A stretch of 64,000 bases of DNA. It comes from a virus. Under the pieces are notes generated by a model. The model did not search any database. It was not told where the DNA came from and saw nothing but the letters and a program-made list of their open reading frames with translations. The stretch covers positions 103,510-167,509 of IMG/VR virus record IMGVR_UViG_2716884767_000001; one strand, written 5' to 3'. Positions 38,758-47,513 of this stretch are shown one piece after another. Made by a program: the position numbers and the translations under genes. Every line of letters starts with the position of its first letter. The stretch's first letter is position 1.

Positions 38758-39000
38758 ATGAATTTTGCAGTCTATTCAAAAAAGGGATGTCCATATTGTG
38801 AAAAGATAAAAAAAGTTTTGACCTTGACAAAACTTAAGTATGTGGTGTATAATTTAGATGAACATTTTGATAAAAAATCATTCTACGATGAATTTGGAGA
38901 GGGAACCACTTTTCCACAAGTCGTAGTTGATGGTCAAAAACTAGGAGGTTGTATTGACTCAATCAAGTTCCTCAGAGAAAAAAAAGTTATCAACGTCTGA
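38758..39000 (+). CDS. nrdC: Glutaredoxin
   Basis: CPYC active site, TFPQV, LGG. Confidence 0.9.
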   Translation: MNFAVYSKKGCPYCEKIKKVLTLTKLKYVVYNLDEHFDKKSFYDEFGEGTTFPQVVVDGQKLGGCIDSIKFLREKKVINV

Positions 39001-39076
39001 GATAAATAGAAACGATCTCAAGGTCAATCGTGGTGTTGAGCTCATACTTAAAAAACCAAAGAAAGGAGGTGTTACT

Positions 39077-39298
39077 GTGAGTACAGAACTTATTACAATC
39101 GTTACACTTCCGATAGCATTCTTACTATTTTCTGTTGGTGCTGTGACTGGTTGGTTAATCAGAGACTACATGATGAATTATCAAGAGATACCAAGACCTC
39201 ATCCAGAAATGTTTGATGAAAATGGGAACTTAGTTCCTGATGATATTGTCGCATTTAGATTTGAAAATTATGACAACAACGAAGAAGACGACGACTAG
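39077..39298 (+). CDS. Hypothetical membrane protein
   Basis: AGGAGGT RBS before GTG 39077; TM helix, HPEMFDENGNL motif. Confidence 0.7.
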   Translation: MSTELITIVTLPIAFLLFSVGAVTGWLIRDYMMNYQEIPRPHPEMFDENGNLVPDDIVAFRFENYDNNEEDDD

Positions 39299-39878
39299 TA
39301 AACCGAAAAAGGCAAGAACAGTTACAGTCAAAAAACCAGTAAGTTTAGACTTGCCGAGAAATCCTTTTATGTTTGAGATATTAAATTTAATATCTAAACA
39401 GAGAACCAAGGCAAAAAAAATTGAAGTTCTCAAAAAATATGAAGAGATCTCTTTGAAAACAATTTTGATTTGGAATTTTGATGAAAGTGTGATAAGTGTT
39501 CTTCCACCTGGTGAAGTTCCATATACTGGATACGATGATCAAAATGCTTATTCTGGAGGTGTAAGTGGTAAAATTTCTGAGGAAGTTAGATCCATGCATG
39601 CCAAAGGTAATTTTTCATTAGGAGTTAGTGATGGACAGGGACATACTACAATTCGAAGAGAATCAAAACATTTTTATCGTTTTGTAAAGGGTGGTGATGA
39701 TGGTTTAAGTAATCTTCGTAGAGAAAGTATGTTTATTAATATATTGGAGGGTTTACATCCTTTAGAGGCAGAAATTGTAATATTATGTAAGGACAAAAAA
39801 TTAGGTGATTCTTATAAAATTACAAAAGATATAGTTGCGGAGGCATATCCTGATATTAAATGGGGAGGTAGATCTTGA
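39270..39878 (+). CDS. Conserved T4-like hypothetical protein
   Basis: RRESMFINILEGLHPLEAE...KDK motif; syntenic with glutaredoxin. Confidence 0.75.
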   Translation: MTTTKKTTTSKPKKARTVTVKKPVSLDLPRNPFMFEILNLISKQRTKAKKIEVLKKYEEISLKTILIWNFDESVISVLPPGEVPYTGYDDQNAYSGGVSGKISEEVRSMHAKGNFSLGVSDGQGHTTIRRESKHFYRFVKGGDDGLSNLRRESMFINILEGLHPLEAEIVILCKDKKLGDSYKITKDIVAEAYPDIKWGGRS

Positions 39879-40186
39879 CTAAAACTGTTTGGACTCCTCA
39901 AGAAAAAGATGGACTAAAACAAAAGTATGGATGTGAAATATTAGTCGAGAGGGCAAAGCAAGATCAACTGAATAGCACACAGTTTCCATCTGATTCTTAT
40001 ATCGTTGAATATAAGATTGATGATGAAACCATGTATGATTTAACACGAGGAACACAATCTACTCTGTTTGATATGTATTATGACAAGTTTAAATCTCAAT
40101 TAGTATCAATAAATTATGGAAGAGGTAATATTAAACCTCAATTATGGAATTATAGTAAACCAAAAGAAAAGAAAAAGAGAAGATAA
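39875..40186 (+). CDS. Hypothetical cyanophage protein
   Basis: 103-aa ORF, overlapping start. Confidence 0.7.
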   Translation: MTKTVWTPQEKDGLKQKYGCEILVERAKQDQLNSTQFPSDSYIVEYKIDDETMYDLTRGTQSTLFDMYYDKFKSQLVSINYGRGNIKPQLWNYSKPKEKKKRR

Positions 40187-40194
40187 TATAAAAT

Positions 40195-40210
40195 TGTAAC
40201 AGAAGTTACA
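40195..40210. promoter_or_regulatory. NtcA binding site
   Basis: TGTAACAGAAGTTACA = GTA-N8-TAC in a perfect palindrome, just upstream of a -35 box. Confidence 0.7.
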
Positions 40211-40217
40211 AAAGTCC

Positions 40218-40246
40218 TTGACTATATAGTGTGGGTATGCTAACAT
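40218..40246 (+). promoter_or_regulatory. Sigma70-like promoter placing the TSS at about 40253
   Basis: TTGACT-17 nt-TAACAT. Confidence 0.65.
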
Positions 40247-40253
40247 ACCTTTA

Positions 40254-40482
40254 CGTTCATCCAAATGATAGAACTCACACTACTGGCATCACTCCTTACT
40301 GAACATAATGCTTCCCATTGGGAAATGTCTTGTTTAGAATGGAATCAAAACAGAATTGAGATACTTAGTGATAAGAATCTTAACTCTGATGCTCACGAGT
40401 ATCTTATAGATTACTTGAGAACTAAAGTGTCAGATGACTGTGATGCTTATATCATCGGACGCAAGTAAGCCGACACGGAACG
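40254..40482 (+). ncRNA. Upstream glutamine-II-like aptamer with a ~195-nt ORF-containing P2 loop
   Basis: 5' half CGTTCATCC (40254-40262), 3' half GGACGCAAGTAAGCCGACACGGAACG (40457-40482); extra ATGATA/TATCAT pairing. Confidence 0.55.
40265..40468 (+). CDS. Hypothetical 67-aa protein nested within the aptamer loop
   Basis: ORF track; nearly leaderless start about 12 nt after the predicted TSS. Confidence 0.65.
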   Translation: MIELTLLASLLTEHNASHWEMSCLEWNQNRIEILSDKNLNSDAHEYLIDYLRTKVSDDCDAYIIGRK

Positions 40483-40486
40483 GGTT

Positions 40487-40527
40487 CGTTCATCCCGAAA
40501 GGGACGCAAATGCCGACTGAAGGAACG
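40487..40527 (+). ncRNA. Glutamine-II riboswitch aptamer (Downstream-peptide RNA motif)
   Basis: CGTTCA-TCCC-GAAA-GGGA-CGCAAATGCCGACTGAAGGAACG; P1 CGTTC/GAACG; directly upstream of a YRG-motif peptide. Confidence 0.8.
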
Positions 40528-40563
40528 GGGCTAAAAATCCCTACTACTTACAGGAGAAAACCG

Positions 40564-40689
40564 ATGGCAAAAGTCACATACAGAGGTGTTGTATACGACA
40601 CCGACAGAAACAAAGGACAGCAGACTAACAAGGTCGATTTAACTTACCGTGGTGTAAGATTAGAAAAAGAACTTACAAGTGTTAAGTGA
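40564..40689 (+). CDS. DUF4278-type 'downstream peptide' (41 aa)
   Basis: Hand-translated MAKVTYRGVVYDTDRNKGQQTNKVDLTYRGVRLEKELTSVK; two TYRGV motifs; AGGAG RBS. Confidence 0.85.
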   Translation: MAKVTYRGVVYDTDRNKGQQTNKVDLTYRGVRLEKELTSVK

Positions 40690-40772
40690 TTGAAACTCTA
40701 GAGATTTGTTTGGCATCTGCCATATTTCTCACAATCATAACTGCTGAAGTTAAGTTTCTATATGGAAAATAA
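40686..40772 (+). CDS. Micro-ORF, TM peptide (28 aa)
   Basis: GTGA overlap; (M)IETLEICLASAIFLTIITAEVKFLYGK. Confidence 0.55.
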   Translation: MIETLEICLASAIFLTIITAEVKFLYGK

Positions 40773-40775
40773 AAC

Positions 40776-40800
40776 GAAGGGGTTGATCCCCTTCTTTTTT
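40776..40800 (+). terminator. Rho-independent terminator
   Basis: GAAGGGG-TTGAT-CCCCTTC followed by T6. Confidence 0.85.
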
Positions 40801-40828
40801 ATGCTATAATAAATAAAATGAAAATCTC

Positions 40829-41005
40829 ATGAATAAAAACAACCTTAAAAAACTCATAATGGATTTAGAACGTGCCGTATCTGAGTTAAAGGCTGAAGTT
40901 TATTCTGATGAAAGTTCTTATCTTTCATATGAAAATTATGAAAAACTTAAACATGAAAATGATCCATCACTTGATTACAGTCAAATTTTTGAGGATGACG
41001 AATGA
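40829..41005 (+). CDS. Small hypothetical protein (58 aa)
   Basis: Hand-translated MNKNNLKKLIMDLERAVSELKAEVYSD...; TATAAT/AATAAATA upstream. Confidence 0.65.
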   Translation: MNKNNLKKLIMDLERAVSELKAEVYSDESSYLSYENYEKLKHENDPSLDYSQIFEDDE

Positions 41006-41160
41006 GATCTAAAAAAGTTTTACACGCACTTAAAAAAGCTCTTCAACAAGATTATCTGTATGATGAAAATGAATTAAAGTATATGAGAGAACAATTGCTT
41101 ATTTTGGAAGATGAAGTGGAAAAGAATAGAAAACAACAATCAAGAGGATTTGGTCAATGA
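41002..41160 (+). CDS. Small hypothetical protein (52 aa)
   Basis: ATGA overlaps on both ends; ends SRGFGQ. Confidence 0.65.
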   Translation: MRSKKVLHALKKALQQDYLYDENELKYMREQLLILEDEVEKNRKQQSRGFGQ

Positions 41161-41789
41161 CCGTTAATCTAATAAGCATCACACCTGATGCAGAGAAAAC
41201 GATGGCACATATTGCCAGAGTTTCTAATCCAGACAATCAAGATAATCCAAACTATGCAGGATTATTGAAGTATTGTATTAAACATAACCATTGGTCTGTG
41301 TTTGAGCAATCATCAATGACACTTGAGATTGAAACAACTCGTGCAATCGCAGCACAGATTCTAAGGCATCGTAGTTTTACGTTCCAAGAATTTTCTCAAC
41401 GATATGCAAAGAGTAATGAATTAGGTGAGATTGAATTACCAGAACTACGTAGACAGGATAAAAAGAATCGTCAGAATAGTATAGATAATTTGGATGCAAA
41501 GGTAGTTGATAAACTGAATCGTCAGATGATTACTCTGTTCAGTTCTGCTCAGAGTCTTTATAATCAGATGATTGAAGAGGGAGTGGCAAAAGAATGTGCT
41601 AGAATGGTATTACCACTTTGCACTCCTACAAAGATCTATATGACAGGTTCTTGTCGTTCATGGATACATTATATTAATCTAAGGTCTGCACATGGAACAC
41701 AAAAAGAACACATGGTTATCGCAGAGGGATGTCGAGAGGTGTTTACCGAACAATTCCCCTCTGTATCAGAAGCCCTTGAATGGGTCTAA
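41157..41789 (+). CDS. thyX: Flavin-dependent thymidylate synthase
   Basis: HWSVFEQ, RHRSFTFQEFSQRY, KECARMVLP. Confidence 0.95.
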   Translation: MTVNLISITPDAEKTMAHIARVSNPDNQDNPNYAGLLKYCIKHNHWSVFEQSSMTLEIETTRAIAAQILRHRSFTFQEFSQRYAKSNELGEIELPELRRQDKKNRQNSIDNLDAKVVDKLNRQMITLFSSAQSLYNQMIEEGVAKECARMVLPLCTPTKIYMTGSCRSWIHYINLRSAHGTQKEHMVIAEGCREVFTEQFPSVSEALEWV

Positions 41790-41813
41790 ATAACTTTACA
41801 TTACTTTATAATT

Positions 41814-42086
41814 ATGGCGACATATCCTGTAGTTAACAATCAAACTGGTGAAAGAAAAGAGGTTGTGATGAGTGTGATGGATTGGGATAAATGGACAGAA
41901 GACAATCCAGATTGGAGTCGTGATTATTCAGATCCTTCAACTGCACCTGGCATGGGAGTTGAATCTGTTGGTGATTGGCAAGATAAATTAAATAAAAAAC
42001 ATCCAAGTTGGAAAGAGGTTATTAAAAAATCAGAAAAATCTGCTGGTATTCGAGGAAGATTAGCAAAGAGAGGTATTGAAACTTAA
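41814..42086 (+). CDS. Conserved cyanophage hypothetical protein
   Basis: MATYPV... ORF between thyX and phoH. Confidence 0.7.
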   Translation: MATYPVVNNQTGERKEVVMSVMDWDKWTEDNPDWSRDYSDPSTAPGMGVESVGDWQDKLNKKHPSWKEVIKKSEKSAGIRGRLAKRGIET

Positions 42087-42853
42087 TGGCAAGAAGAAAA
42101 AGAGGATCGAGTTCAGAGCAACCAATTGGTGTTGGTTTAACTGCAAAACAAATGAAAAGAAAAAAACCATTAAATAATGGTTATCTCATTGATATTGAAC
42201 CACTATCAGATAATCAAAAAAAATTATTTGATTTCTATGATGATCAAAAAAATATAGTTGCCTATGGTTGTGCGGGAACTGGTAAAACATTTATTACATT
42301 ATATAAGGCACTTGCTGATGTTTTAAATGAAAGCACTCCATATGAAAAAATTTACTTAGTAAGATCTCTTGTATCTACAAGAGAAATTGGTTTTTTACCT
42401 GGTGATCATGAGGATAAAGCAGACATCTATCAGATACCATATAAGAACATGGTAAAGTATATGTTTCAGATGCCTTCTGATGCTGACTTTGAAATGCTCT
42501 ATGGCAATCTAAAAGCACAAGAAACAATTAAGTTTTGGAGCACATCTTTTATTCGTGGAACTACATTGGATAATGCAATCATCATTGTGGATGAATTTCA
42601 GAACTTGAATTTTCATGAACTTGATAGTATCATTACTCGTGTTGGTGAAAATACAAAGATTTGTTTCTGTGGTGATGCGAGTCAAACTGACTTAGTAAAA
42701 ACAAATGATAAAAATGGTATCGTTAATTTTATGAACATCTTGCGTAAAATGCCATCCTTTGGTATAATAGAATTTGATATTAATGACATCGTTCGTTCTG
42801 GACTTGTCAAAGAATATCTTTTGTCGAAACTAGAGATAAATTTTGATGTTTAA
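42086..42853 (+). CDS. phoH: PhoH-like ATPase
   Basis: GCAGTGKT Walker A, IGFLPGD, FIRGTTL, IVDEFQN, CGDASQTDL, DIVRS. Confidence 0.95.
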   Translation: MARRKRGSSSEQPIGVGLTAKQMKRKKPLNNGYLIDIEPLSDNQKKLFDFYDDQKNIVAYGCAGTGKTFITLYKALADVLNESTPYEKIYLVRSLVSTREIGFLPGDHEDKADIYQIPYKNMVKYMFQMPSDADFEMLYGNLKAQETIKFWSTSFIRGTTLDNAIIIVDEFQNLNFHELDSIITRVGENTKICFCGDASQTDLVKTNDKNGIVNFMNILRKMPSFGIIEFDINDIVRSGLVKEYLLSKLEINFDV

Positions 42854-43535
42854 TCATGTAGACTTAGATCTTAAACCAATTCCAAGAGAAACAATAGATG
42901 GTATAAGGTATTATAAAATTCCTGATGAAGAGGAACCACTTAAATTGGTTTCTATTACATCTATTACTAGTCACTTTAATAAAGAAATCTTTATTAATTG
43001 GAGAAAGAAAGTTGGTAATGAAGAAGCAGATCGTATTACAAAGGCTGCTACAACTCGTGGAACTGATATGCATACACTAACTGAGCATTATCTAAAGAAT
43101 GAGAAGTTACCAAAAGTTCCTCCTATATCTGATTTTTTATTTAAAATATCTAAGAAAGAATTAAGTAGAATCAATGAAATTCACTCTCTAGAAGGTGCCC
43201 TATATAGTAAACAACTAGGAATTGCTGGAACTGTCGATTGTATTGCAGAACATGATGGCGAATTAGCAATCATAGATTTTAAAACATCTAAGAAACCAAA
43301 ACCACGGGAGTGGATTGAGCATTACTTTGTTCAGGCTATGGGGTATGGTTGTATGCTGTATGAGATGAAGAATATAGCAGTTAAAAAATTAGTCATTATT
43401 ATGGCATGTGAAAATGGAGAATGCGTTGTTTATGAAGAAACTGACAAAACCAAGTATATCAGACTTCTTGGTAGATACATCGACAAATTTGTCAAAGACA
43501 AACTGGAGTTTTATGGAACCAAACAAAGAACTTGA
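42843..43535 (+). CDS. Exonuclease (PD-(D/E)XK, T4-like 'exonuclease A')
   Basis: SITSI, RGTDMH, IAGTVDCIA, IIDFKTS, YFVQ. Confidence 0.88.
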   Translation: MMFNHVDLDLKPIPRETIDGIRYYKIPDEEEPLKLVSITSITSHFNKEIFINWRKKVGNEEADRITKAATTRGTDMHTLTEHYLKNEKLPKVPPISDFLFKISKKELSRINEIHSLEGALYSKQLGIAGTVDCIAEHDGELAIIDFKTSKKPKPREWIEHYFVQAMGYGCMLYEMKNIAVKKLVIIMACENGECVVYEETDKTKYIRLLGRYIDKFVKDKLEFYGTKQRT

Positions 43536-43773
43536 AAAAGCAATAGAGAGTAAGTTTCTAACTCCTACTAAATTTTCGATGGAGATAGAGAAGATAGTTG
43601 CTGAAGAAAAATTAAATTACATTGATGCAATATGTCAGTATTGTGAGATGAATGACATAGAGATTCAATCTGTAACAAAACTCATTACAAAACCTCTTAA
43701 AGAAAGGTTGAAATATGATGCAATTCAGTTAAACTTTATGAAGAAGACTTCTCGTGCTAAACTACCTTTATAA
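43513..43773 (+). CDS. gp33: Late promoter transcription co-activator
   Basis: FSMEIEKIV...YIDAI...LKERLKYDA..LNF; start ATG 43513. Confidence 0.85.
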   Translation: MEPNKELEKAIESKFLTPTKFSMEIEKIVAEEKLNYIDAICQYCEMNDIEIQSVTKLITKPLKERLKYDAIQLNFMKKTSRAKLPL

Positions 43774-43973
43774 TGAAAAAATCTGAACTTATACATTGGA
43801 GACTTCAAGCTATGTTAAGAGAACATAGTTTTCCAGACCTAGCATATTTGGGTGTGAGACCTGACAGCATTGGTATGCCACAACATTGGTATATGATAGG
43901 TGATAGTGAAGTTCCTTGCGATGCAATTACAGAATTAGAAAGTGATGAAGTAGATGAAAGTGACACCGTTTGA
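43773..43973 (+). CDS. Small conserved hypothetical protein
   Basis: TAATG coupling; syntenic between gp33 and gp59. Confidence 0.65.
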   Translation: MKKSELIHWRLQAMLREHSFPDLAYLGVRPDSIGMPQHWYMIGDSEVPCDAITELESDEVDESDTV

Positions 43974-44550
43974 AACCTACCAGACATATCTCTCAATGAA
44001 GAGTCATTTCACAAGTAAAAGGTATGACTTTTTTAAATACGGTGGAAAATCAAGAGCAACGATGACTTCTTTTAACAAGAGAAAAGATAAGTATTGGTTT
44101 GAAAAAACATCCAGAAAATATTCTGATCAAGAAATTACTGATTTTTTACTTGCAAATTTTGTAACCACAAATGCCCCACAAAACTTATGGATTGGAGAAA
44201 TTATAAATTCTGGAGAAAGAACTTACGCAGATTGGATGAGACGACAGCAGAGTTTGACTTACTTGTTCAAAGAACAATCAAAAAAATTACTATCGGAAAA
44301 AGAATTAGAAGAAGTATTCAATTGTTCGAGGGGTCATCCACCGATACTCAAAAAGTATCTGGGAGGAGAAATAAGTTTAGAAACCTTAGTGATCTTCGAA
44401 AAAATATTTTCTTTTGGAAAAAAATTTAATCGTAAACTTAAAGACCCAGTGTGGGAAACCGTCAGCATGAAAATAAAAAAATATATACCCTTCCTAAATA
44501 TTAATGTGTTTCAGTATAAAAAAATTTTAAGAGAGATTGTCAATGAGTAA
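43954..44550 (+). CDS. gp59: Helicase loader
   Basis: YLSMKSHF..RYDFFKYGGK, HPPILKKYL, ISLETLVI. Confidence 0.85.
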   Translation: MKVTPFETYQTYLSMKSHFTSKRYDFFKYGGKSRATMTSFNKRKDKYWFEKTSRKYSDQEITDFLLANFVTTNAPQNLWIGEIINSGERTYADWMRRQQSLTYLFKEQSKKLLSEKELEEVFNCSRGHPPILKKYLGGEISLETLVIFEKIFSFGKKFNRKLKDPVWETVSMKIKKYIPFLNINVFQYKKILREIVNE

Positions 44551-44878
44551 TTTTTTTGAATCAGAAATCATTCAAGGAGAACTTGAAGAAATCAATGAAC
44601 TTCAGAAAATTCTTTATGGTAATGTAATGCAATTTCCCACAATGGAATATGATGAACGAATGGAGCACATTGACCTTTTGACAGAGTTATTGGAAAAACA
44701 GAAAGTTATGTATACTCGTCTGTCACTATCTGATGATCCTGAAGCTGTCAAACTGAAGGAACATTTACATAAAACAATTCCTTTAATGGGTTTTCCCAAA
44801 GGAACTGATATGAATTTGCTCTTTGAGGGTATGAGAGAAACAATCTCAAAACTTAAAGACAATATTGACAAATTGTAA
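44543..44878 (+). CDS. Conserved cyanophage hypothetical protein (DUF1825-like)
   Basis: MSNFFESEII...YTRLSLSDDPEA. Confidence 0.7.
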   Translation: MSNFFESEIIQGELEEINELQKILYGNVMQFPTMEYDERMEHIDLLTELLEKQKVMYTRLSLSDDPEAVKLKEHLHKTIPLMGFPKGTDMNLLFEGMRETISKLKDNIDKL

Positions 44879-44893
44879 ATAATCCATTATAAT
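44865..44893 (+). promoter_or_regulatory. Sigma70-like promoter of gp32
   Basis: TTGACA-17 nt-TATAAT(44888-44893). Confidence 0.85.
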
Positions 44894-44934
44894 CTAAACA
44901 TCCAACGAAATCCAATTTAATCCGAGGTATCCAA

Positions 44935-45819
44935 ATGTCATTTGCTAATCTTAAAAAGCAATCAAAATTAGGTTCTTTAACTGCAAAGTTAGTTAAGGAA
45001 GTTGAAAAATTAAACACTAACGGAACATCAGGTGATGACCGTTTGTGGAAACTAGAAGTTGATAAGTCAGGTAACGGGTATGCCGTTATTCGATTCTTAC
45101 CAGCACCTGATGGTGAAGACTTACCGTTTGTAAAACTGTATAGTCATGCATTCCAAGGTCCTGGTGGATGGTATATTGAAAACTCTCTCACTACACTTGG
45201 TCAGAAAGATCCTGTATCAGAGTATAACTCTCAGTTATGGAACAATGGAACAGATGCAGGTAAGGATGCTGCTCGTAAACAGAAACGTAAACTTACATAC
45301 ATCAGCAACATTTATGTTGTAAAAGATCCTGCCAATCCTGAGAACGAAGGAAAGGTATTTTTATATAAGTATGGTAAAAAAATCTTTGATAAACTCACAG
45401 CAGCAATGCAACCTGAGTTCGAAGATGAGGAAGCAATCGATCCGTTTGATTTCTGGCAAGGTGCAAACTTCAAGTTAAAAGCAAAGAATGTAGCAGGATA
45501 CAGAAACTATGATAGTTCTGAGTTCACTACTGTCACTCCTTTGCTTGATGATGATGACGCACTTGAATCTGTTTGGAAGAAAGAAAACTCTCTTAAAGAG
45601 TTTGTCGATGCCGATCAGTTCAAATCATATGATGACTTAAAAAAACGTCTAGAGTATGTGCTTGGTAGTAAGAGACCAACTAGTGTAATAGAGGAGGAAG
45701 ATACTGATCGTGGTGCTGCTGAAGAGTTAGTTACTGCTGCCGTATCTACAACACCATCATCTGTAAACGAAGATGATGATGATGCTCTTTCATACTTTCA
45801 GAAACTTGCAGAGGAATAA
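44935..45819 (+). CDS. gp32: Single-stranded DNA binding protein
   Basis: DDRLWK, AVIRFLP, GANFKLK, YRNYDSSEF, acidic tail. Confidence 0.95.
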   Translation: MSFANLKKQSKLGSLTAKLVKEVEKLNTNGTSGDDRLWKLEVDKSGNGYAVIRFLPAPDGEDLPFVKLYSHAFQGPGGWYIENSLTTLGQKDPVSEYNSQLWNNGTDAGKDAARKQKRKLTYISNIYVVKDPANPENEGKVFLYKYGKKIFDKLTAAMQPEFEDEEAIDPFDFWQGANFKLKAKNVAGYRNYDSSEFTTVTPLLDDDDALESVWKKENSLKEFVDADQFKSYDDLKKRLEYVLGSKRPTSVIEEEDTDRGAAEELVTAAVSTTPSSVNEDDDDALSYFQKLAEE

Positions 45820-46467
45820 TTAATTTGTAACTCTAGTATTTTCTGTTTTTGCCAATTTATCGTTTACAAATTGAGATGATCTCTTATAGATCATCTCATT
45901 TCTTATGTCATTTAAAAATTGTTGTAAATATTCTAATCGAAGAACATCAATATTTCTTTTTTCTTCATTTAAAATACTTTCATATTCATAATATGTTACC
46001 CCTCTAACAGGATTTAATTCTGCATTTATATTTTCTGGATTTGGTATTTTAAAATTATCATCTACCACTTTTCCTTTTGGTAAAATAACAATTCCACGAT
46101 TGTTTTTGACTTCGGTTGTTTCATGATGCCTGACTTCATTAATTTTTGTTAAACCATACTTTGATACTGTGAAGTCATATAATTCCTTGCTTGATAGTGG
46201 CCATTCATCACGAACATTTACAATATTTGCTGTGATTAAAACTACCCAATCAAAACTAGATTTTCCATAAAGTTCTTTCGCAACGTTGTCTGGTCTATCT
46301 CCATCATTAATTTCATACTTGTTGAAAACACTAAAAACATTTTTTAGATCATCACGTATTTTCATCCTACGAAATATATTTTTTGCAGTAATATAACTCT
46401 CACTCGAAATCCGATTTGAGTATGGTGATTGATATTGTAAATTTGGTAGTTCTCTGAAGTATCCCAT
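45820..46467 (-). CDS. gp53: Baseplate wedge protein
   Basis: MGYFRELPNL, GDRPDNVA..LYG, WVVLITANI, EWP. Confidence 0.85.
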   Translation of the reverse strand: MGYFRELPNLQYQSPYSNRISSESYITAKNIFRRMKIRDDLKNVFSVFNKYEINDGDRPDNVAKELYGKSSFDWVVLITANIVNVRDEWPLSSKELYDFTVSKYGLTKINEVRHHETTEVKNNRGIVILPKGKVVDDNFKIPNPENINAELNPVRGVTYYEYESILNEEKRNIDVLRLEYLQQFLNDIRNEMIYKRSSQFVNDKLAKTENTRVTN

Positions 46468-47501
46468 TAGAATCCTGTACCCTCCAGACCTTCTTCCGTA
46501 TCATAATCTTCAGAGTAGATTGGATTCAACTCTTGGAATGTAAGATCGATTTTTGTATGAACGGGTGCGGTGTTATCATAAGTGGCATATGTCCCTGCAC
46601 CAGTATAATTGACTCCAATATTTAAGAGTGCCATTGGTTTAAATTTATGTAAAAACTGATGATTTTTTGCACCAGTTTTGTAAGTTAGTTGAAATACATC
46701 TGGTGATTTTATAAAGAGTCCACTACTATTATTTTCACCAGTTGAACTATTTTTTGCATTTAAACTTTTTTTGAAAGCACGAATGATTTTTTTGATTACA
46801 ATACTTTCGTTTTCATCTCTGGGTGCAAAATCAAAACTAAAACTGAAACTTCTTAACTGAACTCCACCAAATAGTAATTCCATGTTTGGATTTAATATTG
46901 ATCCAGTTTGTCTTGCGAGAATACCTGCAGCACTAGTGTTACCACCTAAAGCATTAACTGCCATTGATGCAAAGGTTGAATTGATAGCAGCTGCGGTCAT
47001 ATCATCTTTAATTAAATCTTTCAAACCTTCAACTCCACGATTTCCTGCTTCTTGTAATTCCTTCATACCGTTAGATTTCATTAAGTCTCCAGCAATCCCA
47101 ATACCAGTGGCGGCAAGTCCATTCAGACTATCCTCACCCCATGTCACACCATTTGAATCGGTGATTGATTCTGGAATTGGAAGAAAGATTGTACCTAATA
47201 TAATTTCGTTATTTTTTAAGGATTCTGAACTTGTTTGTAGTCGGAGAGATTGTCCAGTGCCACTTGTTTCAAATCCTGGTGGTTGATATTCAAGAACTTT
47301 AATTTCAAGATAATCACTATCACTTTCTAATCTTGCCACGGGATATCTAAGTGATTTAAATTTTCTATCTCTTGATACTCTTCCTGCTTTATCAGATTTA
47401 GCTGCTCTAAGCACCCTCTCTCTGGAAGGAAATTTTTTCTCCTCTGCGAATATTTTATTTGCGTTTGCTTGTAAAGTAGAATCTTCGTAAAAGTTCTGCA
47501 T
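46467..47501 (-). CDS. gp48: Baseplate tail-tube cap
   Basis: IFLPIP, LNPNMELLF.G..LRSFSFSF.FAP, YTGAG. Confidence 0.85.
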   Translation of the reverse strand: MQNFYEDSTLQANANKIFAEEKKFPSRERVLRAAKSDKAGRVSRDRKFKSLRYPVARLESDSDYLEIKVLEYQPPGFETSGTGQSLRLQTSSESLKNNEIILGTIFLPIPESITDSNGVTWGEDSLNGLAATGIGIAGDLMKSNGMKELQEAGNRGVEGLKDLIKDDMTAAAINSTFASMAVNALGGNTSAAGILARQTGSILNPNMELLFGGVQLRSFSFSFDFAPRDENESIVIKKIIRAFKKSLNAKNSSTGENNSSGLFIKSPDVFQLTYKTGAKNHQFLHKFKPMALLNIGVNYTGAGTYATYDNTAPVHTKIDLTFQELNPIYSEDYDTEEGLEGTGF

Positions 47502-47513
47502 TTATATCTTTTT

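Noticed and set aside
38954-39076. N-terminal extension of the ORF overlapping glutaredoxin
   Set aside because: A strong AGGAGGT RBS before GTG 39077 favours the shorter start, although the extension cannot be excluded.
42843-43535. Cas4-like nuclease as part of a CRISPR system
   Set aside because: This is the T4-like core exonuclease in its usual position between phoH and gp33; there is no array nearby.
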